The notes under the pieces were generated by a model that was given only the letters and a program-made list of their open reading frames with translations, was not told where the DNA came from and made no database searches. Source: a virus (taxonomy: Duplodnaviria; Caudoviricetes). From it: a stretch of 64,000 bases of DNA. Where the stretch lies: IMG/VR virus record IMGVR_UViG_3300011116_001229; one strand, given 5' to 3'. Positions 49,901-58,725 of the stretch are shown piece after piece (position 1 is the stretch's first letter; the number at the start of each line of letters is the position of its first letter). Position numbers and translations under genes: made by a program.

Positions 49901-50081
49901 TAATCCGTTAAAAGAAACTAAGACAAGAATTGGGTCAGATGTTATGTCTGCATTGAGAAAGATGGCTTCGCTACCGGCTTTTCAGTCTAGATCTATTAAT
50001 TCAAATAAACTTTTATCAGAAGATATGTCTATTGAAATAGAGGAGCAAGAATCTGATAAGACCGACGAGGAGATACTGTGA
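46950..50081 (+). CDS. Portal protein (T4 gp20-like) with intein and acidic C-terminal extension
   Basis: PEIASALDIYADE, RIWRQLILIEDAMLVYRVVRAPERRVFYIDV, EDYFIP; RBS GAGGAGG before ATG 46950. Confidence 0.95.
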   Translation: MAKNQQTLFQKLTRLFKSGPVVKRKIRSLDTTVALPDSAKSSGTLLFQKSVAPTYTTITANAYNLSERMMRYQDFVEMEYCLHGDTLIAVPDGYKKIKDLAEECSADPDKTFLVYSYDHNLGRIIPAWGKQARQTRTDHAYIVTFDNGQKIIGTPNHRLMKRDGTFCKIEDLKAGDAMMPFYRRDLFNGCKEEGEGYRWIYTMDRRSKMNGWASEHRVVGEMIKGSPLTNDEVVHHKNFIKYDNRPENLLVMTSEAHQKLHAEILNGAKWSEQNSDWIQQFKINHSKFMSENNPAERKDITFGRILEVAERTNFNSRKMCEVLDTDPNVIKRKLRKHGYQDFQTFAKAYNPDWHNAGWSNQGENNPRYNHSVTFDRICSIFSKGMSKKDLIQSLGTTDTILSKRLAEQGYKNYTEFSHNYENLKVASIDYHGVIPLYDLTVDGYKNFATDTVISHNTPEIASALDIYADETCAQDEKGRVLHVYSDNEKIKEILEELFYDILNVEFNLRSWVRNLVKYGDFFLYCDVSPDHGVINVFPIPVNEIIREENYDPDDPMAVRYKWVTMGNKTLENWEVIHFRLLGNDSFLPYGSSIIEAARRIWRQLILIEDAMLVYRVVRAPERRVFYIDVANIPPENVPMYVEEQRKNLRSSQVVDRSTGRVDLRYNPLSVDEDYFIPVRGGESGTKIDTLAGGQNAAAVEDVAYIQKKLFSALKVPKAYLGYDESLSSKATLAQEDIRFSRTIAVIQKTIIAELNKLAIIHLYSHGFDDEDLQNFVLRLPNPSTIAQQQKLELWRAKFEIAGSAPEGQMSKEFIRKEIWGLSEEECRDIDDQRLKEKLIDGEIENAKPEEESGDEATTGGGEGGGEAEAGGEEGGEESGGEEGGEEGDLFAGDDPADNEEVGNLLLSADDPDDDEEFGIKFKLKDVDMPVKAQRQIDRIRHNRARIRHSGPSKLHMPDWASSLDAKDLAMTDPFDGKFLRSLASNPLKETKTRIGSDVMSALRKMASLPAFQSRSINSNKLLSEDMSIEIEEQESDKTDEEIL
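47190..48317 (+). mobile_element. 376-aa intein with HNH endonuclease inside the portal gene
   Basis: Y|CLHGDT N-splice, block B TPNH, LYDLTVDGYKNF..SHN|T C-splice; EHR..VVHHKN..DNRPENL..H HNH. Confidence 0.93.
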
Positions 50082-50944
50082 TGAGAATGAGCAAGAACCA
50101 CAACAAGAAAAGAAACTCAATTCTACTTTACGAATTCTTAGTTTCTTCTATTTCTAAGTCACTCGTTGAAGATGACAAAAGAAAATCAGCTGCTGCTTTA
50201 AAAATTCTAAGACGTCATTTCAAGAAGGGAACTAGTCTCTATAGAGAATTTCGCCTTTTAAATGCGCTAATTAAGACCTCAGTTTCATCACCTCAAGTAG
50301 CATCAAGAATACTCAAAGAGGCTAAGGATGCTGCTGTTAAGATGGATACTGCAGAATTAGACAGAGAAAAATCTTTGCTTATTCGTAACATAAACCATAC
50401 TATTAATAATGACGGTTCTTTTTACGATCAACACGTCAATGAATATAGAATGTGTGCAACAATACAACAGCTAATTAATGAGTGGCGTTCTGAAGATGCT
50501 GACATCACTAAGATCGCCGAATATGAAGATCAGCTTGTTCAATGGCTTCTATCACCAAAAAAGATTGTGTCTGAACACACAATCTCTGAAGAGACGCCTG
50601 GAACATCCCGCTTACTAATGACTGTCATGTCTAAGAAGCTGAACGAAAAATATTCAGACTCTTTAAATGAACAGCAAAAGAACATTATCAAGGCTTATGC
50701 ACTGTCCTCATCATCTAACGATGATTCTCAGATAGTTCAAAGATTAGAAGAGGTTAGATCTGATCTTTCATCTAGCATCAACGCTTACATCGAGCAAATA
50801 AAAGATTTGCCACACCTTAAGGCAAAACTTATTGAAACAAAGCAAGAGCTCATGTCTGAAAAATTTGATCAAATTGATGACACAATAATCACAAAATTTA
50901 TGATTTATTCCAAGCTTAAAACAGAGCTTGACTCAAAGGAGTGA
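50078..50944 (+). CDS. Conserved hypothetical head-module protein
   Basis: Between portal and protease; helical, KNHNKKRNSILLYEFL start. Confidence 0.55.
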   Translation: MMRMSKNHNKKRNSILLYEFLVSSISKSLVEDDKRKSAAALKILRRHFKKGTSLYREFRLLNALIKTSVSSPQVASRILKEAKDAAVKMDTAELDREKSLLIRNINHTINNDGSFYDQHVNEYRMCATIQQLINEWRSEDADITKIAEYEDQLVQWLLSPKKIVSEHTISEETPGTSRLLMTVMSKKLNEKYSDSLNEQQKNIIKAYALSSSSNDDSQIVQRLEEVRSDLSSSINAYIEQIKDLPHLKAKLIETKQELMSEKFDQIDDTIITKFMIYSKLKTELDSKE

Positions 50945-51558
50945 CCATGACTACCGATCTGAAACTGTTAAATTCTTACGAAATATTCAACTACACGCCC
51001 GAGATGATCAAAGAGTCTCGTGAAAAGAATGGCGGAAAAGTGATGATGAAAGGCATCCTGCAAAAAGCAGATACCTTAAACCAGAACGGTAGAATCTATC
51101 CCATTGATATTCTTGAAAGAGAAATTAGAAACTATCAAAAGTTTATTGTTGAAAATAGAGCGCTTGGTGAATTAGACCATCCTGATTCTTCTGTTGTTAA
51201 TTTAAAAAATGCGTCGCACTTAGTGAAGGAAGCTTACCTTGATAAGCAAGTAGTTTATGGTACAGTAGAGATTCTTGAAACACCTTCTGGAAAAATATTA
51301 CAGTCTCTTATTGAGTCAGGTGTCAAGCTCGGTATCTCTTCCCGCGGCGTTGGTACAACCAAGAAGCAGGGGGATTATCACGTTGTTCAGGACGACTTTC
51401 AGCTTATTTGCTGGGACTTCGTATCAGAGCCCTCAACACCAGGCGCATTCATGTTGCCAGAGGGTAAATCAATCAATCCAAATGAGTTGAAAAATGCATT
51501 CAATAAGTCGGATAGAATTGATAGAATAATAAACGATGTGCTTAGTTTTAAGAAGTGA
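50941..51558 (+). CDS. Prohead core protease (T4 gp21-like)
   Basis: NQNGRIYP, ALGELDHP, LGISSRG, DFVSEPST. Confidence 0.93.
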   Translation: MTMTTDLKLLNSYEIFNYTPEMIKESREKNGGKVMMKGILQKADTLNQNGRIYPIDILEREIRNYQKFIVENRALGELDHPDSSVVNLKNASHLVKEAYLDKQVVYGTVEILETPSGKILQSLIESGVKLGISSRGVGTTKKQGDYHVVQDDFQLICWDFVSEPSTPGAFMLPEGKSINPNELKNAFNKSDRIDRIINDVLSFKK

Positions 51559-51587
51559 TTCCACTTATTAACCCAATATAATGATAT

Positions 51588-52022
51588 ATGAAACTAACAA
51601 AGAATGATCTAAAACAAATCGTTAAAGAATGTCTCGTCGAGATCTTGTCTGAGGGCATGGGAGCTTCTTTGCCCACAGTCAACGAGATAAAAAAGCAAAT
51701 TCCTAAAAAACGAGATGTTATGCCTCATTCTTCTGCTGTCTTAAGACAAAATGCAGAAAGAGCTCGTATGCCATCAAACGCATTAAAAGAAGCTATTAAG
51801 ATTGAATCGGCAGGTAATCCCATTATGGCTTCAATCTTAGCTGACACTGCAGCAAATAGTTTACCTTCTATGCTAGAGTCTGATGTTCCCGGTAAATTTA
51901 CGCCTATACCCACAGGCACAGCAGAGCGGGTCGTTGCTTCTGCTGCACCTGAAGATCTATTCGGTGAAGAAGTAGCATCAAAATGGGCAAACCTAGCTTT
52001 TGCCCCCTCACCAAAAAAATAA
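51588..52022 (+). CDS. Putative prohead core/internal protein
   Basis: N-terminal DLKQIVKECL motif. Confidence 0.5.
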   Translation: MKLTKNDLKQIVKECLVEILSEGMGASLPTVNEIKKQIPKKRDVMPHSSAVLRQNAERARMPSNALKEAIKIESAGNPIMASILADTAANSLPSMLESDVPGKFTPIPTGTAERVVASAAPEDLFGEEVASKWANLAFAPSPKK

Positions 52023-52073
52023 TTATTTTTTCTTTAGCGAATATTTAGTAACAGTAACCACATTGAGGTTGAA

Positions 52074-52316
52074 ATGAAATTAACAAGTAAGCTTTTAAAG
52101 CAAATTATTGAAGAAGAAGTTTCCAAGTTCGGTGACATGGAGTCAACAGAAGACCGAGCGAAGGACGCTGTTGAATTAGACGCCGATGAGCTTGGTTCTG
52201 ACAAAGCGCATGAACTTTCAATTGACTTCATAAAGGCGCTTAAGATTGAAGAGACTCGTCTACGTCGACGTCTTCAAAAGATCACAGAGATGAAGAAGTC
52301 TTGGATACAAGGTTGA
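52074..52316 (+). CDS. Putative prohead core/internal protein
   Basis: N-terminal LLKQIIEEEV motif. Confidence 0.5.
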   Translation: MKLTSKLLKQIIEEEVSKFGDMESTEDRAKDAVELDADELGSDKAHELSIDFIKALKIEETRLRRRLQKITEMKKSWIQG

Positions 52317-52339
52317 TTAACTAGAAAAGGAAGACTAAC

Positions 52340-52867
52340 ATGCCCGGCCCAGGATCAGGTAGATACACAAATTATACACCGCTAGACGCTGCGAGCGCAG
52401 CAGCTTATCAGAAAAGACTTGCTCTTTTTAATAACAAAGCAGCAGCTGAAAAAGGAGATTTTCAAAAGGATCTCGTAGCAAATGCTGTAAAGGCTCTTGA
52501 GGCTGGTGCAGGAGACAAGCAAATGTTTCCCGCAGGAGTTGACATGGCTTATGGATCATCGCCTAATTTTGGCGATGTTAATGCAAAAGTTCCCGGTGGA
52601 CCGGGCAATGCGTTTGTTCCCGATGTCAGCTCGCCAGGAGCAGTCGAAGGATCAATTAACGTTGATCCAAAGACCAAGACAGGAGGAAACATTTCTGTCA
52701 CAGACGTCAAGCCAAACTACGTTGTTTCAAATGGTGTCGGATCTCAAGACTCACAAAATCTTGGATCACAATCACCGCACTTGACTGCCCCTGGAATTGG
52801 TGTTTCACCGATTGGTGCCGATTTGGTCATGGGCGTGTCAAAAGGTTCAGCAGAACCAAAAGCTTGA
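52340..52867 (+). CDS. Hypothetical Gly/Pro-rich protein (paralog A)
   Basis: MPGPGSGRYTNY; colinear similarity to the next ORF. Confidence 0.6.
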   Translation: MPGPGSGRYTNYTPLDAASAAAYQKRLALFNNKAAAEKGDFQKDLVANAVKALEAGAGDKQMFPAGVDMAYGSSPNFGDVNAKVPGGPGNAFVPDVSSPGAVEGSINVDPKTKTGGNISVTDVKPNYVVSNGVGSQDSQNLGSQSPHLTAPGIGVSPIGADLVMGVSKGSAEPKA

Positions 52868-52885
52868 TATTAGTTTGAGTTAAAA

Positions 52886-53554
52886 ATGTCCGGCCCAGGT
52901 AAAGGAAGATATACTGACTACGTGCAATATGCTTTCTCATCTGGGCAAAGTGCAAAATTAAAAAGATTGCACAGAAATTTTAATACTAATCCAATGATTA
53001 ATCCCGGGGCTGAAAGCAATCCCGGGATTTTTTATGGCGCAACTGACAAATCAAATCAAGAATCAAATACTAATGCAGCATCCTCTGTTACTCAAAACTA
53101 CGTTAAAAATCTAATTGATGATCTTTATACAAGTCCGATCTCAAAAGACGTTGTTAAAGATCTTAAAGTAGACAAGGAACTAGCTAAAGATCCTGTGACC
53201 GGATTACCTGAGAGTCTAGTTTATTTTACAGGCAACGGAATAAATGATTTGCCCGATACGTCCAAATTAGACGACAAAGCCGTCGCTTCTAATTCTTACA
53301 TGCCAGTTTTAATTTCCCCTGGCGCAATTAAAGACGCTGTTAATTTTAAGTTTCTATTTGATAATAAAGTAGATACCAGGGATGCAACAGGAAAAGATGG
53401 TTACAAGCCCAACTTGATCATTCCAAAAACGTCAGACGACAAAGAGAATTTAGGCACTTTATCACCGCACGATGCAAGTCGACAAGTAGGTTCTCTTTCT
53501 ATTGTTTCAGTTGTAAGTTTAGGGTCTAGTAAAAAGTTGCTAGAAACAGCTTAA
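52886..53554 (+). CDS. Hypothetical protein (paralog B)
   Basis: MSGPGKGRYTDY; colinear similarity to the previous ORF. Confidence 0.6.
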   Translation: MSGPGKGRYTDYVQYAFSSGQSAKLKRLHRNFNTNPMINPGAESNPGIFYGATDKSNQESNTNAASSVTQNYVKNLIDDLYTSPISKDVVKDLKVDKELAKDPVTGLPESLVYFTGNGINDLPDTSKLDDKAVASNSYMPVLISPGAIKDAVNFKFLFDNKVDTRDATGKDGYKPNLIIPKTSDDKENLGTLSPHDASRQVGSLSIVSVVSLGSSKKLLETA

Positions 53555-53700
53555 TTGTTAATTTAATCATAAAATTTCTCTATGAAAAATTAAATTTTTA
53601 GTATCTGGGCGTACCTAAAGATAAATTACAGCATAATTTAGCATGTGTGATGAATAATTAGTTATTGACAATATGACACCGGTAATTTGAAAGGATCCAA

Positions 53701-55731
53701 ATGAGCAAGCAATTATATGAGGAGGCACTGGCAGATGTTAAGAAGCTAAAAGAAATAGCTGAAGACAATGCCAAGCGTGCAATTCTAGAGGCTGTTACGC
53801 CTAGAATAAAAGATCTCATTGAGAATCAACTTCTTGGTGAGGCGGATAAAAGCAACGATTCTGAAGAAGATGAGCTTTTATTAGACGACATGCCTGAGGT
53901 TGTACCAGCAGATGCAGACCCAATTGATGCAGCTATCTCTATGCCTGACGACGAGGGCAAGATTACTCTTGATTTAAGTATGCTTGCATCACCTGAAGAT
54001 GAAGATTACGCTTTGAGCATGGATGATGAGCAGGCAGTCGATGCTTTAGTTCCATCTAATAAAATCAATGTAGTTAAGGCTGAGTCTGCTTTAAGAAAAC
54101 TTGAGAACAAGATACACAATTTTTCAAAAGCAAGTGCTGTGCTACGTGAGACCAAGAGCTATTTGGTGGGTCTGGTGTCAACAATTTCTGAAGTTGAAGA
54201 TATGTATTCAACATTGAAGAATTCTTCAAACACGCAAAATTTGATTCAACGATTGAAGGAATGTCATAAAACGCTCAAAACGCTCATGGAGCAGGAAACG
54301 AACATGAAAAAGAAATTTTCACTCAATGAAGAAGACGTAACTCTTACCCTCAAGGGACTTCCGGACGATTTGAACCTCGATGATGTCGAGATTGAACTCG
54401 TGTCTGGCGGCGCCGAAGAAGAAGAAGGTGAAGAACCCGAAGAAGAAGGCGAAGAAGCTGAGGGTGAAGACGTTTTTGGCGATGAGGGCGAAGACGAAGA
54501 AGATACCGAAGAAACTGAAGAAGGAGAGGAAAGCTCCGAAGAAAAAGAGGAAGAAAAAATGGAAACACGATGGTTAAAGGGCGACGTTGTCGTCGAAATT
54601 GATGAGAACATGCTTCGTAAAGAGATTTCACGTATGAGAGCACTCCGTGAGGAGGCAGTTCCTTCAGCGGACGGCCACGGACCCGGAGACCTCGGTGACC
54701 TTGAGGATGAGGATCTTGGCGATCCTCTTGAGATGGACCTCTCTGAGGCCGATGGCGACCTCGACGAAGAGTACGACATGGACCAGGGAATGGACATGGA
54801 TGCCGATGTAGACATGGATGAAGCCGGCAAGAGCGATGAAGAAGGCGACCTCGACGAAGAGTACGACACGGACCAGGGAATGGACGTGGACATGGACGAA
54901 GCTGACAAGCAAGACAAGAAGGACAAGGAAGGTGACCTTGATCTTGACGAAGCTAGCGAAGAAAAAGACGAAGAAAAAGACGAGAAGAAGATGAAAGAAT
55001 CAATCAAGCGTCGTCTTGCTTCTGAGATTCGCATTCAGACCGAGGCCAAGAAGAAGGCAGGTCAAGCTGCTCAAGCTGTCAAGAAGCAACAGAAGGAAGC
55101 TCAGCAGAAGAAGAAGGACGCACAACAGAAGATGAAGGAAGCTCAGCAACAAGCTAAGCAGAAGAAGATGAAGGAAGCTCAGCAGAAGAAGAAGGATGCC
55201 GAGCAAAAGATGAAGGAAGCTCAGCAAAAGCAGAAGAAAGCTAAGCAGATGAAGGAAGCGTACGATTACTATGCTACCCAATTCAACGAGTCAGTCCTTC
55301 GCACAAGAAAATTACAGGGCATGCTCGCAGAAGCAACTGCTCGCAATGGATCCTCCAAGAATGGTGGAACCACACGGTTAGCGGAGAACACCGTCGAACT
55401 CCGTGATAAGTTGGCAGAAATGAATCTGTTCAACGCGAAGCTACTCTTCACAAACAAGCTGCTTCAGAATGAGTCGCTCACCAAGCGCCAAAAGGCCGAG
55501 GTGATTGAGCGTCTCGACGAGGCACAGAACGTTCGTGAGGCGAAGCTTGTCTATGAGAGCTTGGTGAAGGCCCTCCAAGGTGGATCTACAGGTCGCGCAA
55601 TGACCGAGTCAGCTTCACGCGGAGTCATTGGATCTTCATCACGTCCCGCGCGTCCCGCGGCGACAACAACTACACTCAACGAAGGCTTCGAAGCTGAGCG
55701 TTGGGCGAAGCTCGCGGGCATCATTAAGTGA
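53701..55731 (+). CDS. Prohead scaffold protein (gp22-like)
   Basis: Directly upstream of MCP; acidic and coiled-coil; C-terminal ERWAKLAGII; many L-x-E sites. Confidence 0.75.
   Translation: MSKQLYEEALADVKKLKEIAEDNAKRAILEAVTPRIKDLIENQLLGEADKSNDSEEDELLLDDMPEVVPADADPIDAAISMPDDEGKITLDLSMLASPEDEDYALSMDDEQAVDALVPSNKINVVKAESALRKLENKIHNFSKASAVLRETKSYLVGLVSTISEVEDMYSTLKNSSNTQNLIQRLKECHKTLKTLMEQETNMKKKFSLNEEDVTLTLKGLPDDLNLDDVEIELVSGGAEEEEGEEPEEEGEEAEGEDVFGDEGEDEEDTEETEEGEESSEEKEEEKMETRWLKGDVVVEIDENMLRKEISRMRALREEAVPSADGHGPGDLGDLEDEDLGDPLEMDLSEADGDLDEEYDMDQGMDMDADVDMDEAGKSDEEGDLDEEYDTDQGMDVDMDEADKQDKKDKEGDLDLDEASEEKDEEKDEKKMKESIKRRLASEIRIQTEAKKKAGQAAQAVKKQQKEAQQKKKDAQQKMKEAQQQAKQKKMKEAQQKKKDAEQKMKEAQQKQKKAKQMKEAYDYYATQFNESVLRTRKLQGMLAEATARNGSSKNGGTTRLAENTVELRDKLAEMNLFNAKLLFTNKLLQNESLTKRQKAEVIERLDEAQNVREAKLVYESLVKALQGGSTGRAMTESASRGVIGSSSRPARPAATTTTLNEGFEAERWAKLAGIIK
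54754..54890 (+). repeat. 47-nt coding direct repeat, 2 copies, 90-nt period
   Basis: ggcgacctcgacgaagagtacgaca(t/c)ggaccagggaatggac(a/g)tgga at 54754 and 54844. Confidence 0.9.
55081..55260 (+). repeat. Coding tandem repeats (K-M-K-E-A-Q-Q-K)
   Basis: aaggaagctcagca four times plus degenerate copies. Confidence 0.85.
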
Positions 55732-55784
55732 TGTGAACTTTTAACAACAAACCAACTTTAGATTTTTTTAGGAGTCAATTTAAA

Positions 55785-57641
55785 ATGAAGTATTTTAGCT
55801 TAGATCAACTTGCACAGGGTATCCGCGAGAAGCACGTCGGTGCTGAGCGTGCCCGTTTAACAGAGAAGTGGAGCCGCACAGGTCTCCTCCGCGGTCTCGA
55901 CGGCACACGCCGCGAGATGATGGCACAGCTTCTCGAGAACCAGGCTGCACAGGTCCTCAAGGAGAGCTCAGCTCTCTCAACCGGTGGCGGCAACGTTGCA
56001 ACCAGCGGACAGATTCAGGGCTTCAGCAACATCGCATTCCCAATCGTCCGCCGCGTGTTCGGTGGCCTTGTCGCCAACGAGCTCGTTTCAATCCAACCGA
56101 TGAGCCTTCCATCAGGACTCATCTTCTACCTTGATTATACCTACGGTACAACCAAGGGTGGAGCAAACGCCGGCGACGCAACATACACATCAGGTCAATC
56201 TATCTACAACAACCCACGCGGCAAGGGCGTCCAATCAGGATCTCTCGCAGCTGGCGGTATGTACGACCTCGTCGGCACCGGCTACTCCCGCACCTCTGGC
56301 TCGTTCACAGGCGAGAACCTCGCGGCGCTCGGTGCTTTCGGTGGCGCCAATGGCGACACATTCGCTGCAAGCTTGATGATCACATCTGACAGCCAGCTCA
56401 GCGGTTCAAACGCTCGCTTCACTGACTTCGACCCACAGGTCCAAGCAGCAGTGCAGAACAACGACCTCGACCTCACTTTCGCAGTCATGGCCATCACAGG
56501 CTCCGGCTTCGACAAGATGGACAAGCTCGCCGTCGAGCACCTCGCAGTCTTCGGTACAGTGACCAACGCCACAGCATGGGGCGAGACTTACCAAGGTGGC
56601 AGCGGCGTCCTCAACCTCCGCCGCCTCAACAAGCGCGGTAACTGGACAGGCTCCGTCTTCACAGCTGATGCACTCAACGGAACACACGTTCTCATGGTGC
56701 TCAAGGGTGCAAACGGCAACGCTCTCTCAGCAGTTGGCAGCTCACTCCGCGGTTCATTCGTGACTGCAGCCGGCCTCTCGGTCGACAGCACAGTGGGTTC
56801 AACCGTCACAGTGCCTTCCTTCGAGTCCGACTTCGGAACAAACCCGGCCCCGGCAATCCCAGAGATCGACATCCGCATCGAGTCGATCGCTGTGACAGCT
56901 GAGACCCGCAAGCTCCGTGCTCGCTGGTCACCGGAACTCGCGCAAGACCTCAACGCCTATCACTCGATGGACGCAGAGGTTGAGCTCACCTCGATCCTCT
57001 CCGAGCAGATCGCTCTCGAGATCGACCGCGAGATCCTCAACGACCTCGTCACAGCAGCCAACGGCGCCAACTACTACTGGAGCCGCTCACCCGGTCGCTT
57101 CGTCAACAAGACCACAGGCGTTCGCGAGACACTCGCTGACGCATTCCAAATCGGACCGGCCTTCACAGGCACAGTCCGCGAGTGGTACGAGACCCTCGTC
57201 GAGACGATCATCGACGTTGCCAACACCATCCACCGCAAGACACTCCGTGGAAGCGCAAACTTCCTCGTCTGCGGACCGGACGTCGCCACCATCCTCGAGA
57301 GCTCGGTCCTCTACAAGCCCAAGCTTTCCATCGACGGTGAGGGACAAGTTGGAGCTCCGTTCTCCATCGGTGCAGAGAACATCGGTTCCGTGAGCAACCG
57401 CTTCACAGTCTACAAGGATCCTTACTTCGTTAGAAACAAGATCCTCGTCGGCTACAAGGGCGGCAGCTACCTCGAGACCGGCTACGTCTACGCTCCCTAC
57501 GTGCCACTCATCGTGACACCCACCATCTTCGCGCCAGAAGATTTCACGCCACGCAAAGGCGTAATGACTCGCTACGGCAAGAAGATGGTCCGCAGCGATT
57601 TCTTCGGAACTGTCACATGCTTGGACATGAACGTGATATGA
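55785..57641 (+). CDS. Major capsid protein (T4 gp23-like)
   Basis: LLENQ, FPIVRRVF..ANELVSIQPM..PSGLIFYLDY, RKLRARWSPELAQDL, EIDREI, YAPYVPL, KGVMTRY. Confidence 0.96.
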   Translation: MKYFSLDQLAQGIREKHVGAERARLTEKWSRTGLLRGLDGTRREMMAQLLENQAAQVLKESSALSTGGGNVATSGQIQGFSNIAFPIVRRVFGGLVANELVSIQPMSLPSGLIFYLDYTYGTTKGGANAGDATYTSGQSIYNNPRGKGVQSGSLAAGGMYDLVGTGYSRTSGSFTGENLAALGAFGGANGDTFAASLMITSDSQLSGSNARFTDFDPQVQAAVQNNDLDLTFAVMAITGSGFDKMDKLAVEHLAVFGTVTNATAWGETYQGGSGVLNLRRLNKRGNWTGSVFTADALNGTHVLMVLKGANGNALSAVGSSLRGSFVTAAGLSVDSTVGSTVTVPSFESDFGTNPAPAIPEIDIRIESIAVTAETRKLRARWSPELAQDLNAYHSMDAEVELTSILSEQIALEIDREILNDLVTAANGANYYWSRSPGRFVNKTTGVRETLADAFQIGPAFTGTVREWYETLVETIIDVANTIHRKTLRGSANFLVCGPDVATILESSVLYKPKLSIDGEGQVGAPFSIGAENIGSVSNRFTVYKDPYFVRNKILVGYKGGSYLETGYVYAPYVPLIVTPTIFAPEDFTPRKGVMTRYGKKMVRSDFFGTVTCLDMNVI

Positions 57642-57679
57642 CATGAATATCATCTGAATTCATATCCTAAGATCTGCAG

Positions 57680-57709
57680 AGGCCACCCAAAAGGTGGCCT
57701 TTGTAGTTT
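57680..57709 (+). terminator. Intrinsic terminator after MCP
   Basis: AGGCCACC-caaaa-GGTGGCCT perfect 8-bp stem followed by a T-rich tract. Confidence 0.8.
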
Positions 57710-57743
57710 ATAAACATTCAGTTGATGTATATATAATAGTTAT

Positions 57744-58571
57744 ATGTTAACTGAAATTGACAATGTCTGTAAAGAGTGTAATACTGAATTCGATTCATTA
57801 GAGTTCGTCTTAAGACACATTCGATGTCACAAGATCAACGCGCAAGAATACGTGCTCAAGTGGAAATACGGTGGACAAGCTCCACACTGTGCTTGTGGAT
57901 GTGGTTCCAAAAATAAGTGGAATATTGCCTTAAAGGATTTTACCCGATTTATTCACGGACATCACGCACATGGCAGAATCAAATCTGAAGAAGAGAAGGC
58001 GAAGATCGGGAGGAAGAACTCTGTAAACATGAAAGAATTCATGTCAAAACACCCAGATGTAGCAAAAAAGAGAATAAAAAAGATGAATCCTCTTTCAAAA
58101 ACTCCTGAGGCAATAAAGAAACAGACAGAGTCTATTCGTCGCTTCTGGGCTGAGTCGCCCCTCGCACCCGTCCTCCGGCAAGAAGCCTCCGCTCGTGCCG
58201 TGCAGCTCTTGGCTGACAACAAGATCGGACCGCACGCTCCCTTCAAGCGTGAGACCCTGATCAGCCCGTGGACCGGCGAGGAGGAGCACATGCACTCGTC
58301 TTGGGAGTCAGCGTTCTACCAGGCCTGCGTGTCTCGCCAGTACCACGTCACCAAGAACCACGGCATCCAGATTCCCTATACCCACCCCGACGGCACCACT
58401 CGGACTTACATTCCTGATTTCTACGGATTTGACGACCGCACCCTGTACGAGGTGAAGGGTCGCCACGACGCCGTGGACCAGGCCAAGTGGGACGCCGCGA
58501 AGGCTTTCTGTGAGAAGCGCAATTGGTGGTTCGTGGTGATGCTCGCCCCGGAGGATGCAGAGCTGTCTTGA
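57744..58571 (+). mobile_element. Free-standing putative homing endonuclease (Zn finger + NUMOD3-like + PD-(D/E)XK)
   Basis: CKEC..H..H, CACGCG, HGHH...KSEEEKAKIG, HSSWE, YIPDF, YEVKG; inserted right after MCP. Confidence 0.75.
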
Positions 58572-58725
58572 ATCAGCGCGTCCCTTGTGTTTTACGAAAT
58601 TCGTTGATCGTCTATAATATTTGCTCATTTTTGACTACGAACTTCATATTTAAATTCGCGTCGGAGCGCTGATCAGCAAAACAAACCGGCGCAAGAACAT
58701 TCACAGAAATTATTAGGAGCTCAAA

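Noticed and set aside
53555-53700. tRNA or ncRNA in the larger intergenic gaps
   Set aside because: No cloverleaf or T-loop motif seen; only imperfect AT-rich hairpins
54754-55260. Repeats as a possible CRISPR array
   Set aside because: In-frame coding repeats without unique spacers; no cas genes
54264-57653. Many long antisense or alternate-frame ORFs over the scaffold and MCP genes
   Set aside because: Shadow ORFs from biased, GC-rich or low-complexity coding; no RBS or protein-like motifs
58572-58673. 8-bp inverted repeat ATCAGCGC/GCGCTGAT in the post-endonuclease gap
   Set aside because: Too short to exclude chance; no target duplication or transposase
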